From an uncultured Chloroflexia bacterium (GTDB taxonomy: Bacteria; Chloroflexota; Anaerolineae; Promineifilales; Promineifilaceae), in contig CAVVFA010000030.1 in assembly GCA_963747345.1 (NCBI GenBank), forward strand, positions 265,910-329,909: a DNA stretch of 64,000 nucleotides. Reading direction: 5' to 3'. The notes beneath the pieces were generated by a model. That model worked only from the letters and a program-made list of their open reading frames with translations. It ran no database searches and was not told the DNA's origin. The stretch's first letter is position 1; every line of letters starts with the position of its first letter. Of this stretch, positions 1 to 10,497 are shown one piece after another. The position numbers were made by a program, and so were the translations under genes.

Positions 1-796
1 TTTTGATACCGTGCTTGAATCAGAAAAGAGGATGGAATCCATCTACGGTGGCCCAATTGAAGACAAAGATATCCTTGAAATTGGCCCAGGCCAAGGCATG
101 ACACGAGCGTACTATTTTGGGCAGAAAAATCGGATTACCACACTCGATACAGATGTTATTGCGCGGGGAATAGATGTGCCAGCCTATTGGCAAATGCTGC
201 ATACAAATGGTATCGGACGAGTACTAAAGTCATTTGGGCGTGAACTCATCATAGGGCGCAAAGACCGATCAACATGGGCAGACATCATTGGCGCCAAAAA
301 GTTAACTGCGCCAGAAAATTTATATGGCGATATTTGCCAGGAAGTTCCCAAAGAAAACGCCTTTGATGTCGTGATGAGTTGGTCAGTTTTTGAGCATGTT
401 CCTGATCCAGACGCCGCATTAGACAATATTTTAAGAGCATTACGACCGGGTGGTATTTTTTATATCAGCTTACATCTATACACATCAAATTCTGGGCATC
501 ATGATATACGTGCTTTTACAGGCAATGAATATGCCTTGCCATTATGGGGCCACTTGCGGCCGTCTACCCAAGATATGATCACCCCTAGCTCTTATTTAAA
601 TGAATGGCGACTGTCACAATATCGGGAAACGTTTTCTGCAAAAGCGCCAGGCCATGTGGAAATTCTTGAGAAATTTGAACATCCAGAAGTATTTGGCCCC
701 GCGCTTCAAGGAGAACTTCGTGAAGAATTAGCCGATTACGATGACGATGAACTGCTTACCGTTAATGTTGTCTATATCGGTAAAAAACCGGAATAA
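1..796 (+). CDS. class I SAM-dependent methyltransferase (5-prime partial, reading frame open to window start)
   Basis: ORF 11-796 with no upstream in-frame stop; motifs LEIGPGQG (SAM-binding glycine motif), FEHV, LRPGG. Confidence 0.6.
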   Translation, partial: FDTVLESEKRMESIYGGPIEDKDILEIGPGQGMTRAYYFGQKNRITTLDTDVIARGIDVPAYWQMLHTNGIGRVLKSFGRELIIGRKDRSTWADIIGAKKLTAPENLYGDICQEVPKENAFDVVMSWSVFEHVPDPDAALDNILRALRPGGIFYISLHLYTSNSGHHDIRAFTGNEYALPLWGHLRPSTQDMITPSSYLNEWRLSQYRETFSAKAPGHVEILEKFEHPEVFGPALQGELREELADYDDDELLTVNVVYIGKKPE

Positions 797-838
797 TTCA
801 GACATTAAAAGTTGCTCAATTGAGAGCTAAAAGAAATG

Positions 839-877
839 AAAAAGCCTGCGGCGATAATCTCGCCGCAGGCTTTTTTG
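839..877. terminator. bidirectional Rho-independent terminator between convergent genes
   Basis: A-run, stem gcctgcggcga/tcgccgcaggc, then T6. Confidence 0.55.
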
Positions 878-904
878 TACCCAGATTTTATAGTGGAACA
901 GAAT

Positions 905-3152
905 CTAGCCGTGTTCTTTCAGTTTTGCCACGACTTTGTATGGCATGAGCGGAATCTCGTCGAACCAGATGCCCGTGGCATCATGCAGGGCGGCAATAAT
1001 GGCGGGAGCCAGCGGCAAGAAGGGCATTTCGGCCATGCCACGTGCCCCCCAGGGGCCAATCGGGTCTGGTATTTCCATGATGATGGATTCGACATGGGTG
1101 GGTATGTCTTTGATGCCAGGAATGAGGTATTGGCTCAAGTAAGGATTAAGAATGCGGCCATCTTTGAGCTGTAAATTTTCCATCAGCGCGTAGCCATGCG
1201 CTTGCACCACAGCCCCTTCAATCTGCCCTTCAACCAGCATGGGGTTGATGGCTTTGCCCACGTCATTGGCACAAACCACGCGGTCGATGCGGATGTGGCC
1301 GGTTTCCACATCTACCGTTAGCTCAACGGCTTCGGCAACATAACCATAGGCAAAGTTGGGCATACAAACGCCCGTTTCCGGGTCATAGGGTTGAGTCGGG
1401 AGGCGGAATATATTTTTCATGGGCGATGGCCGGGCGTTCCTCGTTTTGCCATTTCTCCAACGCTTTTTCGGCAGCCTGGCGAATGGAATTGCCTGCCATA
1501 AAGGTCATGCGCGAAGCCGAGACGGAGCCGGAATTGCCACTGCTGGCTGTGTCGGACATGTCGATTTCAACGAGAGCTACATCTACATTAACGGCCGTTG
1601 CTGCCATTTGTTTGAGCGCGGTGTGAGACCCTTGTCCCACCTCGGCGGCGGCGTGGTGCAAAATCACCTTCTCGATTTCTTTTCCGCCGTGTAACTCAAT
1701 AATCGCTTCACAATTCTCTGGAGCGCCAAAAGAAAAGCCAACATTCTTAAACGAACAGGCAATGCCTCGCCCTCTTTTTAACGATTGAGGATTAGAGACT
1801 AAAGATTGTACGCTGGAAAACTGTCCACCGTTCACTGTTAACTGTTCACTGTTAACTGATAACTGTTCACTGCCCCAGCCAACCCGTTCCGCACAAGTTT
1901 CAAGCACTTCGGTCAGACTGACGCCTTTGGGCATAGGCGTTTGCACGGTGAGCATACTGCCGTCTTTCAGGATATTTTTCAGACGTAGTTCAACGGGGTC
2001 GATGCCCAGCATTTCAGCCAGCTTGTTCATCTGGTTTTCGGCGGCAAATGCCCCTTGTGGGCCGCCAAATCCTCGAAAAGCACCGCCAGGCACGTTGTTG
2101 GTGGTGATGGCGTAGCTGTCGAGGTGGGCGTTGGGGATTTCGTAGGGGCCAGTGACCATGAGGTGGAAGTTGCCCAACACTTTGGTGCTGGTGTAGGCAT
2201 AAGCGCCACTATTCATGAACACTTCGGCGGAAACGGCCGTTATCATGCCATCATTTGTCGCGCCCCACTTTGTTTTAACCACCGCCTCGTGCCGTTTGTG
2301 ATGGCCGCGAATCGAATCTTCGCGGGACCAAACCATGCGCACAGGGCGGTCAATCCCTCGTTCATGCAAACGCATCGCCGCCAGCCCCAGCACAATCTGC
2401 AGTGACATATCCTCCCGTCCACCAAAGGCACCGCCAATGGCTGGATAGATGATGCGCACTTTCTCCAGCGGCAAACCCAAAGAGTGAGCTACTTGTTCCT
2501 GGTCTTCGTGTGTCCACTGCCCGCCAATTTCGATAGTAACGCGCCCTTCCTCATCCATATAACTGAGGCCCGCTTCTGGCTGGAGATACGCATGTTCCTG
2601 ATAAGGCAAGTGATATTCGCTTTCCACAACCACATCGGCTTCTGCCCAGCCAGCCTCCATATCTCCTTTGCGAATCTGATATTTCTTGAGGATATTGGTG
2701 CCATCAGCGCGGTTGACAATGACCTCATCCTTCATCGCCTCAAACATATCGGTGACGATGGGCAACTGTTCCCACTGAATCTGAATCTTGGCGCAGGCAA
2801 TAGCCGCCGCTTCTTCCGTTTCCGCCACGACGAGAGCCACATGGTCACATTCCCACAAGCTGATATCGCTGTAAGGTTTGGGGCTGCCGAGACCTACAAA
2901 AACGGGTTGATCTGGCACGATGAGGCCATATTCGTTGACAGGCACATCTTTTGCTGTGAAAACAGCAACAACACCAGGAACGGCTTCTGCGGCCGCTATA
3001 TCCATCGACAGCATACGGGCATGGGGTTGCTCGCTAAATAGCACTTTGCCATATAACAGGTTTTCTGGCGACCGGTCGCCAGAGTATTCAGCAAGCCCTG
3101 AAACTTTTCCTTTAGCATCCACACGCGGGATGGATTGGGTGTTAATTGTCAT
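905..3152 (-). pseudogene. xanthine dehydrogenase / aldehyde oxidase family molybdopterin-binding large subunit, split by apparent frameshift
   Basis: ORFs 1383-3152 (N-terminal hammerhead plus Mo-binding domains) and 905-1420 (C-terminal domain) overlap in different frames; 589+171 aa matches a normal ~760-aa subunit; frames join at the T5 run 1413-1417 (HEKYI / KNIFRLP). Confidence 0.7.
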
Positions 3153-3255
3153 AGAGTTCTCTCTGCTTAATACGAAACACGTGTGTGACGGTAAAAAATC
3201 TTAAAAACTGATAACCGTGACACCTTGAAGGTTGCCAACTTGTTCCAATGCCCGA

Positions 3256-3597
3256 CTATTCTTCATACGGGTTTTTTGAATGCGAATGAAGAGATGCTTC
3301 TCCTGTCCGCCGCCGTCCTTCCGGACTGGCAATCATAAATCCAAACATCAGGAATGATTGCATAATAACGACAACAAAGAGGATCAGAACTGCCATAATT
3401 ACCCAATTAGGAACCTGTCTAGGAAGACCCATACTGTAGAAAGTGCTGTATCTTAAAACGTTTGTGTCAAAGACATATTTCACTAAAAAGTAGGCAGCTA
3501 CAGTTGTGATTGCCAGCCAAATAAAGGCGATAATAGTTTTGCCTGTCATGCCTTGACGTGCTGCAGTTTCTTCATCTCTCTTCTTTTCAAGTCTCAT
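3256..3597 (-). CDS. small two-TM membrane protein inside the Mo-hydroxylase operon
   Basis: ORF with two hydrophobic helices; position between operon genes. Confidence 0.35.
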   Translation of the reverse strand: MRLEKKRDEETAARQGMTGKTIIAFIWLAITTVAAYFLVKYVFDTNVLRYSTFYSMGLPRQVPNWVIMAVLILFVVVIMQSFLMFGFMIASPEGRRRTGEASLHSHSKNPYEE

Positions 3598-3665
3598 AGT
3601 ACATCTCCAAAAATGGGTGTGGGGTGGCTTTGTAAGGCCACCAACCAGCCACAGCTATATCGGTT

Positions 3666-5105
3666 TTAGGATGCCGCTTCAGCCGCTTTTTCCACAGCCT
3701 CGATAATCTTGTAATAACCGGTGCAACGACATAAATTGCCAGCAAAGGCTTGTTGAATTTGAGCCAATTCTGGGGAAGGATTTTCTTCAAGCAGCATGGC
3801 GCCTGACATTAAAAAGCCAGGAATACAGTAGCCGCATTGCACAGCGCCCGTGTCGATAAAGGCTTGTTGCAGTGGATGAAGTGTGCCATTAGTCGCCAAG
3901 CCTTCGATGGTGGTGATGGTGGCGTTATGGGCACGGGGCGCTGGAACCAGGCAAGACATGACGGCCATGCCATCTAAAATAATGGTGCAAGCGCCACATT
4001 CGCCTTCAGCACATCCTTCTTTGGTTCCGGTGAGATAGCCTTCATCGCGCAGCCAGTGGAGGAGTGTTTTGTGTATGCCGCCAACGGCCGTTATCTTTTT
4101 ACCATTCACCGTTGCTGTAATCACCCCATCTTTATCATGACTAGCTGTAAACTCAGAGCCAGTGGGGAATTCGCCATGAGTATCGCCCCAGAGCATGGTG
4201 GGGGCTTGCGGCCAAGTGGTCCGTTCTGCCCCGTCACGCAGGGCGGCGAGGGCGCGTTTTGTGAGTACGCCCACCATTTCCGTGCGATAGACGGCTGGCC
4301 CGCGCACATCGTCGATGGGGGTGGCGGTGGCTGCCGCCAAGCGGGCGGCTTCGGCGATGGTTTCATCGGTCAACTGTTTGCCGACGAGATACGATTCTGC
4401 TTTGGGGGTGGGAATGATGGTGGGCGCGACACAGCCCTGGGTGATGGCGGCTTGTTTCACCGTTTCGCCATCCGCCTCAAAATCGAGAATCAGCGCCAGG
4501 TGGATGACGGAGATGGCCTGGGCACGGCGCAAGCCGAGTTTCACAAACACACCGCGAGCGGTGGCCGGCATGGGGGCAAAGCTGATGTCTACCAGCATTT
4601 CATCTGGCTGCATGACGGTTTTGCGCACGCCTGTGTAAAACTCGGAAAGCGGCACTTTTCTCTCCCCGTTGACTGAGGCCAGGGTGACGGTTGCATTTAA
4701 CGCCCACAGCGGCGAGATGGTGTCGTTGGCGGGGCTGCCGGTGATGATGTTGCCCGCCACGGTGGCGCGGTTGCGCAGCTGCGGCGAGGCAACTTCTCAG
4801 CAAGCCTGAGCCAGCGGGAGTGCTTGTGCCACCAGCAGCGGCGACGCGATGACCTGATTATGGGTCACGAGCGGGCCGAGGTGGATGGTGCCATCGTCGT
4901 CTTGGCTAATTTTGTTGAGGCCAGGGAGACGGGTGATGTCGATGAGCATGTGGCAGTTGCGGCGTTGTCCCCGTTCCAGTTCCAGAAGCAGGTCTGTTCC
5001 ACCAGCTACAAGTCGAGCAAAACGGCCGTTTTTAGCCAGCAGTTTCAAGGTTTCATCAAGGGTGGTTGGTGTTTCGTAACGTGAAATGGTGTGTGGTTGG
5101 TTCAT
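3666..5105 (-). pseudogene. fused FAD-binding (CoxM/XdhB-like) plus [2Fe-2S] (CoxS/XdhA-like) Mo-hydroxylase subunit interrupted by in-frame TGA
   Basis: ORF 4797-5105 (GGTDL FAD_binding_5 N-domain) and ORF 3666-4760 are in the same frame, separated by TGA at 4797-4799; downstream codons give [17 protein letters not shown] (conserved FAD-domain motif), then the CO-dehydrogenase flavoprotein C-domain and CxxGxCGxC...CGYC...CRCTGY ferredoxin motifs. Confidence 0.65.
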
Positions 5106-5184
5106 AGCTCAAGTATTCATTTAAGCGGCTCAGGTGTCAAGTGTTTTTGATAGGAAAATCGGGGCAGACGGTTGAAATCTTGGC

Positions 5185-5992
5185 TTAATTGCTCAGGCGT
5201 TTGCCTGTTCCTTGGCGGCGCAGCATGATGATTTCGGCCATGATGCTAATGGCAATTTCGTTGGGGTCTTCGGCGTTGAGTTCCAGGCCGATGGGAGAAT
5301 GAAAACGTGCCAAATCGGCTTCTGTGAGGCCATCTTCTTGCAGCAGGCGGATGGTTTCGGCCCAACGGCGGCGACTGCCCATCACGCCAATGTAGGGTGC
5401 GGGTGACTGGGCGAGGGTGGGCAGAATGTGGCGATCTACGGTTACATTGCGGGTGACGACGACGACGAATGTGTTGCCGCGTGATGGGGGCTGTTTTTTG
5501 CACGTCTTCAATGCTGCCGGGAATGTAGATGTCTGCTTCGGGGATGACGTCTGGCGAGACGAGTTCAGGGCGGTCGTCGCTGACGACGACGCGGTAGCCC
5601 ATCCATTTGGCGAGGCTGGCAACGGCTTGCCCCACATGGCCGCAGCCCAGCACCAAGACGGTGGCTGGCGGCTGATACCGTTCGCAATACACTTCTAGCT
5701 CGCCGCCGCATACGCCGGGGTCGCCGCGCTCGGCGTCGACGAGGGTGTAGGGGATGGTGCGCGGTTGTCCGTCTTGCAGCACTTCTTGGGCGATGGTGCG
5801 CACCCGTGCTTCTAATTCGCCGCCGCCGATTGTGCCACTGGAACGGCCGTTTTCGTAAAATATCATCTTGGCACCTGCATGGCGGGGGGTGGAGCCGCGT
5901 GTTTTGATGATGGTCGCCAGCACCACGGTTTCGCCAGCTTCTTGGGCGGCAAGGAGTTTAGCTACGATTTGGGGATTGGTATCGTTACTCAT
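5185..5992 (-). pseudogene. XdhC/CoxI-family Mo-cofactor insertion accessory protein, apparent frameshift
   Basis: ORF 5246-5992 has the XdhC_CoxI N-domain plus Rossmann start (LVLGCGHVGQA) then nonsense; ORF 5185-5637 in another frame carries the XdhC_C end (VVVTRNVTVD...YIGVMGSRRR...PIGLELNA...ISIMAEII); switch lies in the G5/T6 tract 5485-5500. Confidence 0.6.
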
Positions 5993-6143
5993 AAAAAATC
6001 ATTGAGGATTGAGACACCAGCCAGCGACCCAGCCAGTTCGTCCATCGGAACGTTGCAGGAGGAAAAAGGTTTGGGGGAATTGTTCTCCAGTCAATACAAC
6101 CTGGACTACCTCTTCTGTTGAGCCGACGATGGGTAAGGTGTAC

Positions 6144-6423
6144 TCAGCCTGGAAGGTCATTTGGTGGTCTTGCACAGGCGGGGTGGTCGGGGTGACCTAA
6201 AATGACGGATTCATTTCCAGCTATGGTTTTGCCACATTGGCCTCTGGCGGCACATTCTTCACTGCACACCAGGGTGCCTTGTTGTTGGGGAGCGCCTTCT
6301 ACAACGGGCGCTTCATCGCCGCCCCGACTACATCCCAAGACAACTAGCAGAAAAAAAAGAGCCAGCCCAAATAGGCTGACTACTGATTTGTGTTGATGCG
6401 GATGAATGAGAAACGGCCGTTTC
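6144..6423 (-). CDS. small Cys-rich lipoprotein (GTG start, about 93 aa)
   Basis: GGAGG 7 nt upstream of GTG; signal MKRPFLIH...LFFLLVVLGCS with lipobox; mature part has 4 more Cys. Confidence 0.3.
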
Positions 6424-6495
6424 ACGGAGCCTCCGATGATGATTTTCAATGAACTTTTTGTACGGTATTGTTCTGCTGTGTAAACTGCGGAGAAA

Positions 6496-6903
6496 TTAAC
6501 GCCAATCCCAGATGGCTTCCCCATCTAAGACACGCTGCACTTGTGTTGGGAAGGCCGTTGATTTTAACGGTTTGCTGATGAACCCATTAAAACCGGCGTC
6601 GCGGGCTTTTTGCACATCTTCTTCAAATGTACCGGCGGTGACGGCCACAACTTTTGCCCCAGCTAATATGGGATTACTTCTAACGGCTTCAAGCAGTTCA
6701 AAACCACTCCTTCCCGGCATATTAATGTCAACCAGAAACAGGTCTACTTGCGGCAGTTTGGGGGCAAATTCTAAGGCGGCATCGGCGGATTTGCGTGAAT
6801 AACATTGGTCAGCACCACCTAAGCGCAACAAATCCATCGTGACGAGCAGCGCGTTCGGGTCGTCTTCAACAACTATGATGTAAGCATCAGCTAGAGAGGT
6901 CAT
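6496..6903 (-). CDS. stand-alone response regulator receiver (CheY-like)
   Basis: IIVVEDD...DLFLVDINMPG...GFISKP receiver motifs. Confidence 0.75.
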   Translation of the reverse strand: MTSLADAYIIVVEDDPNALLVTMDLLRLGGADQCYSRKSADAALEFAPKLPQVDLFLVDINMPGRSGFELLEAVRSNPILAGAKVVAVTAGTFEEDVQKARDAGFNGFISKPLKSTAFPTQVQRVLDGEAIWDWR

Positions 6904-6990
6904 AAATTTTTAATCCAAAATATCAGATTTGATAGGTAATTTTATGTGGCGAGTGTATCAAAATAGAAGGGTATCATCAATGATTAAGCC

Positions 6991-8391
6991 CTAAGCGAGT
7001 TCAAGTAGGGGCAAAACGGCCGTTTCTTCTGCTTCATGAAGGGGAAGTGAAATGGTAAACGTACTACCTTTGCCTACTGTACTCGTAACGGTGAGCGATC
7101 CCCCGTGCCGTTCAATAAGATGTTTGGTAATGGGCAGTCCTAAACCAGTGCCAATCCGTTTACGGGCGGCCGTTTCATCAACCTGTCGGAACTCTTCAAA
7201 AATCGCTTGATGATATTCTGGCGGAATGCCAATACCGGTATCTTCAACCGAAATAGTAAGCGTTTTGGAGCTAGGGATGACACGCAAAGCTATATGGCCT
7301 TTTTCTGTATATTTCGCCGCATTGCCTAATAAGTTAATCAATGATTGCTTGATGCGCATTTGATCGACAGTTACAATCGGCCATTCATCAGGATATTCTC
7401 GCTCAAGCTCAATTTCGTAGTCTTTGTCTAACAACAAGCCTCGGGTACTGGTCATCGCCTCTTCGCAAATGTGATAGAGGTGTGTTTTTTCAAGGTGGAG
7501 CTTGAATTCACCCGATTCGATTTGAGCCATATCCAGCAAATCGTTCAAGACAGTCAATAAATGCCAGCCAGATTGTTCGATGCGTCCCAGGTAATCTTTT
7601 TGCCCATCAGTTACTACACCACGACCGCCCAAGGTTAAGATATGGGCAAAGTTTACAATGGAGTTCAAAGGTGTACGCAACTCATGACTGACGTTGTTCA
7701 TGAAGCGTGTACGCAAATCTCTTTCGCCAATGGCATCCTGCCGAGCTAAGTCCAGTTGACTGTTCATGAAGTTCAAACGGCCGTTTGTCATTCGTAATTC
7801 TTCTTGTGTGCTAAATAAATCATCACGCCGTTGTTGGGCACGCAAGTGTAAATGACTTGTCGATTCGACAGCAATTTGCCATTCAACTGCACTCAAGTAG
7901 GCAACCAAACTGAGCAAAAAGTTAATGGCGATGGGAGGTAAAAAATTGAGCAGTGTGTACACAGAGAGTTCGCCAATAAACCAGAAACCAATCATCATGA
8001 ATAATAAAGATAAACCCCAAGTAATAAAACCAGAGGATGGCGGTAAAATCATGCTGGAAATTATGATAAATAGACCGTAAAGATACGGATAGACACCTAT
8101 ACTATCTGGGTTATAATGGCTCATCATCACGAGTGTAATCATGACAAGATTGAGAATAGTAAAGATCCATCCACCCACTTCTTGATTGCCGCGCTTAATA
8201 AGGTTCCAGGCCACAACGATGCCAATTGGCCCCAAAATAGCATAAGCAAGAAACTGCCATCCATCTGCAAACCCGTATGTTACAGCAACTGCCAAACCGG
8301 TAAATATGATAATAATAGCAGTGACTGGGAAGATTATTTGACTGGAATCTGCACGTAGTTCTTGCCGGTATTCTTGATCCATAATGGCCAT
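6991..8391 (-). CDS. sensor histidine kinase with multi-TM N-terminal domain
   Basis: About 6 TM helices, H-box HELRTPLNSI, HATPase_c G-boxes (GTGLGL). Confidence 0.75.
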   Translation of the reverse strand: MAIMDQEYRQELRADSSQIIFPVTAIIIIFTGLAVAVTYGFADGWQFLAYAILGPIGIVVAWNLIKRGNQEVGGWIFTILNLVMITLVMMSHYNPDSIGVYPYLYGLFIIISSMILPPSSGFITWGLSLLFMMIGFWFIGELSVYTLLNFLPPIAINFLLSLVAYLSAVEWQIAVESTSHLHLRAQQRRDDLFSTQEELRMTNGRLNFMNSQLDLARQDAIGERDLRTRFMNNVSHELRTPLNSIVNFAHILTLGGRGVVTDGQKDYLGRIEQSGWHLLTVLNDLLDMAQIESGEFKLHLEKTHLYHICEEAMTSTRGLLLDKDYEIELEREYPDEWPIVTVDQMRIKQSLINLLGNAAKYTEKGHIALRVIPSSKTLTISVEDTGIGIPPEYHQAIFEEFRQVDETAARKRIGTGLGLPITKHLIERHGGSLTVTSTVGKGSTFTISLPLHEAEETAVLPLLELA

Positions 8392-8628
8392 TCTAACCTA
8401 TGGGAAACGTATCATCCGTTTATAGGGAGTGAATTTTTCATGAAGGCGTGTCCTGCTTCTTCCAAGAAATCCTTCCCCTATTTGTTACCTTGACGGTACC
8501 TTAACCCTTAAAATTCTTGTTAAGTCTTTCATTATATTAAATACGAATCTAAATTACAGCGGGAAAAGTGTACCAGTGGAGTCTCGTCATTTTTTTTGAA
8601 AGCGTCATCAATACAGCGTAACAAAAAC

Positions 8629-8670
8629 AGCAGCCCCGCAGTATCGAAAATTCTTGACACCGCGGGGCTA
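8629..8670 (-). terminator. putative terminator for the GT2/methyltransferase operon (minus strand)
   Basis: Stem agccccgc/gcggggct with a long loop, followed on the minus strand by GCTGTTTTTG. Confidence 0.35.
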
Positions 8671-8785
8671 CTTAAATGTTCTGTTTGTCTTGGTTGTGAG
8701 GTATCTTCTCAATATTCAGGTCTTTGCCGCGATCTATTGAGATGTCACGTTGTGAGGAGAGGATGTTAAAAACAAACGGCCGTTG

Positions 8786-9409
8786 TTACTTTTTGCGGGC
8801 CAGGGCCATTTGCCAGGGGAAGGAGTAGCCGTGCCAAAGGATATCAACAACACCGGAAAGCATTTGCCGGAAGGCTCGACCGCTGTAATTGTGAAGATGC
8901 TCTGGGTCATTTCCCCATTGTCCTATATGTTTGCCCCGTAGGAAATTTGCTCCCCGGAAGTATGGCTCATGAGGCACACTCATAATTAAATATTCTGATG
9001 AGACACGGGCTAATTCACGGACGCCAACGGCCGAGTCTGGGATATGTTCTAAAACTTCCAAGCAGGTGACTAAGGGAAACGAGTTGTCTGCGTAGGGTAA
9101 GGCGTGGATGTCGGCCACATTGGCCCGAAGTTGCGGAATGAGGTTGGCTCGTGACCATTGAATGGCCTCGAAGCTAAAATCTGCTCCGGTATAGTCGAGA
9201 TTTTGCCCTTGTCCCTGAAGAAATTCTAATAAGAACCCTTCGCCGCAACCAGCATCCAACATGCGGTTAACACCCGTCTGCTGAATTAAGCCCGCAATTT
9301 TCTGATGAAAATTCTGGATGAGGGCTGCTTGGTATTTGTTTGGATTTGTATGTTTTTGTAAATTGCCATGTCTTGCGTTGATTTGTTCTTCTTCTCTTGT
9401 CATTGCCAT
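8786..9409 (-). CDS. class I SAM-dependent methyltransferase (type 11-like)
   Basis: LDAGCGEG motif; 10-nt overlap with the upstream GT2 gene. Confidence 0.65.
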   Translation of the reverse strand: MAMTREEEQINARHGNLQKHTNPNKYQAALIQNFHQKIAGLIQQTGVNRMLDAGCGEGFLLEFLQGQGQNLDYTGADFSFEAIQWSRANLIPQLRANVADIHALPYADNSFPLVTCLEVLEHIPDSAVGVRELARVSSEYLIMSVPHEPYFRGANFLRGKHIGQWGNDPEHLHNYSGRAFRQMLSGVVDILWHGYSFPWQMALARKK

Positions 9410-10353
9410 ACTCGCCTGATGCTATATTCTTCGCCGGGATCATAGAGGTAGTAGCGCACCATTTCACCTAGCAAACCAATGGAGATTAATTGGAACCCCA
9501 ATATCATGCTGAGAATCCCGACAGTAAAAAGGGGTCTTGTGCCGATGGGGGGAATGTCGGCAGTGCCCATTAAGCGAAGAACCCATGAAATTGCAAAATA
9601 GATATTGATCAATACGCCGACCATAAAAACGGCTATTCCCGTCCAACCAAAGAGACGGAGTGGATTACGGGCGTAGCGCATCAAAAAGAGAACCATGATG
9701 AGATCCATAAAGCCACGAAAGGCTCGCCCTGTGCCATATTTTGATTCGCCTTTGTACCGTTCGTGATGGATAACGGGTTTTTCGACAACGCGGAATCCTT
9801 TCCATACGGCTAACAGGGGGACAAAACGGTGCAGATCGCTGTAGAGACGGATGCCTTTGATGACGCTGCGCCGATAGACTTTGAAGCCGCAGTTTAGGTC
9901 GTTGAATGTGGTTCCTGTTGATTTTGTAACGAGGTAGTTGAATAGTTTGGATGAGAGTTTCTTTTTTGACTGATCTTGTCGTTCGGTGCGCCAAGCGCTT
10001 ACGAGATCGTACCCTTTGTTTAGTTCGGCTATCATGGCTGGGATTTCGTCTGGGTCGTCTTGTAAATCGGCGTCCATGGTGATGAGGATGTCGCCTTCTG
10101 CTTGCTCGAAGCCAGCGACTAGCCCGGATGTTTTGCCGAAGTTGCGTCGAAATTCGATGATGCGGACGTGGGTTTTGTCTTGCTCGTATAGTTTTTCTAA
10201 CAGGGCCAGGGAATTATCGGTGCTGCCGTCATCAATGTAGACGATTTCGTAGGAAGGATCTAGCGGGATGAGAACGGCCGTTAATCGTTCATGCAATACC
10301 GCTAAATTTTCTTCTTCATTTAATAGTGGGATGATTACAGAGATTTCAGTCAT
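9400..10353 (-). CDS. GT2 polyprenol-phosphate glycosyltransferase (Dpm1/ArnC/GtrB-like) with C-terminal TM helices
   Basis: VIIPLLNEEENL...YIDDGSTD...DADLQDDP GT-A motifs; C-terminal hydrophobic segments. Confidence 0.7.
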   Translation of the reverse strand: MTEISVIIPLLNEEENLAVLHERLTAVLIPLDPSYEIVYIDDGSTDNSLALLEKLYEQDKTHVRIIEFRRNFGKTSGLVAGFEQAEGDILITMDADLQDDPDEIPAMIAELNKGYDLVSAWRTERQDQSKKKLSSKLFNYLVTKSTGTTFNDLNCGFKVYRRSVIKGIRLYSDLHRFVPLLAVWKGFRVVEKPVIHHERYKGESKYGTGRAFRGFMDLIMVLFLMRYARNPLRLFGWTGIAVFMVGVLINIYFAISWVLRLMGTADIPPIGTRPLFTVGILSMILGFQLISIGLLGEMVRYYLYDPGEEYSIRRVWQ

Positions 10354-10497
10354 AAGTAGGGTCGCAAAATACCAAGCAAGTTGTTAGATAAAGACGCTGG
10401 ATTCTACCATACGAATAAAGGGAAGCTAGGAAGAAGCGCGTTCACGCCCCCTCAAGTTTAGGAAGCGGAGGAGCGTGAACTTTTATTTGTAACGTGT

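Noticed and set aside
20-426. Minus-strand ORFs 20-202 and 184-426
   Set aside because: Antisense to the methyltransferase gene, with no homology signal.
4056-4676. Long antisense ORFs inside conserved genes (4056-4676, 17509-18129, 18151-18732, 22356-22823, 56765-57172, 57185-57826 and others)
   Set aside because: They lie opposite clearly homologous genes; their GC-rich composition makes antisense frames open by chance.
4797-4799. In-frame TGA in the FAD/2Fe-2S gene as a selenocysteine codon
   Set aside because: The position lies just before the ASPQLRN motif, where this family has ordinary residues and not Cys/Sec. No SECIS-like hairpin follows at the right spacing. The neighbouring genes carry frameshifts, so a nonsense mutation or error is more likely.
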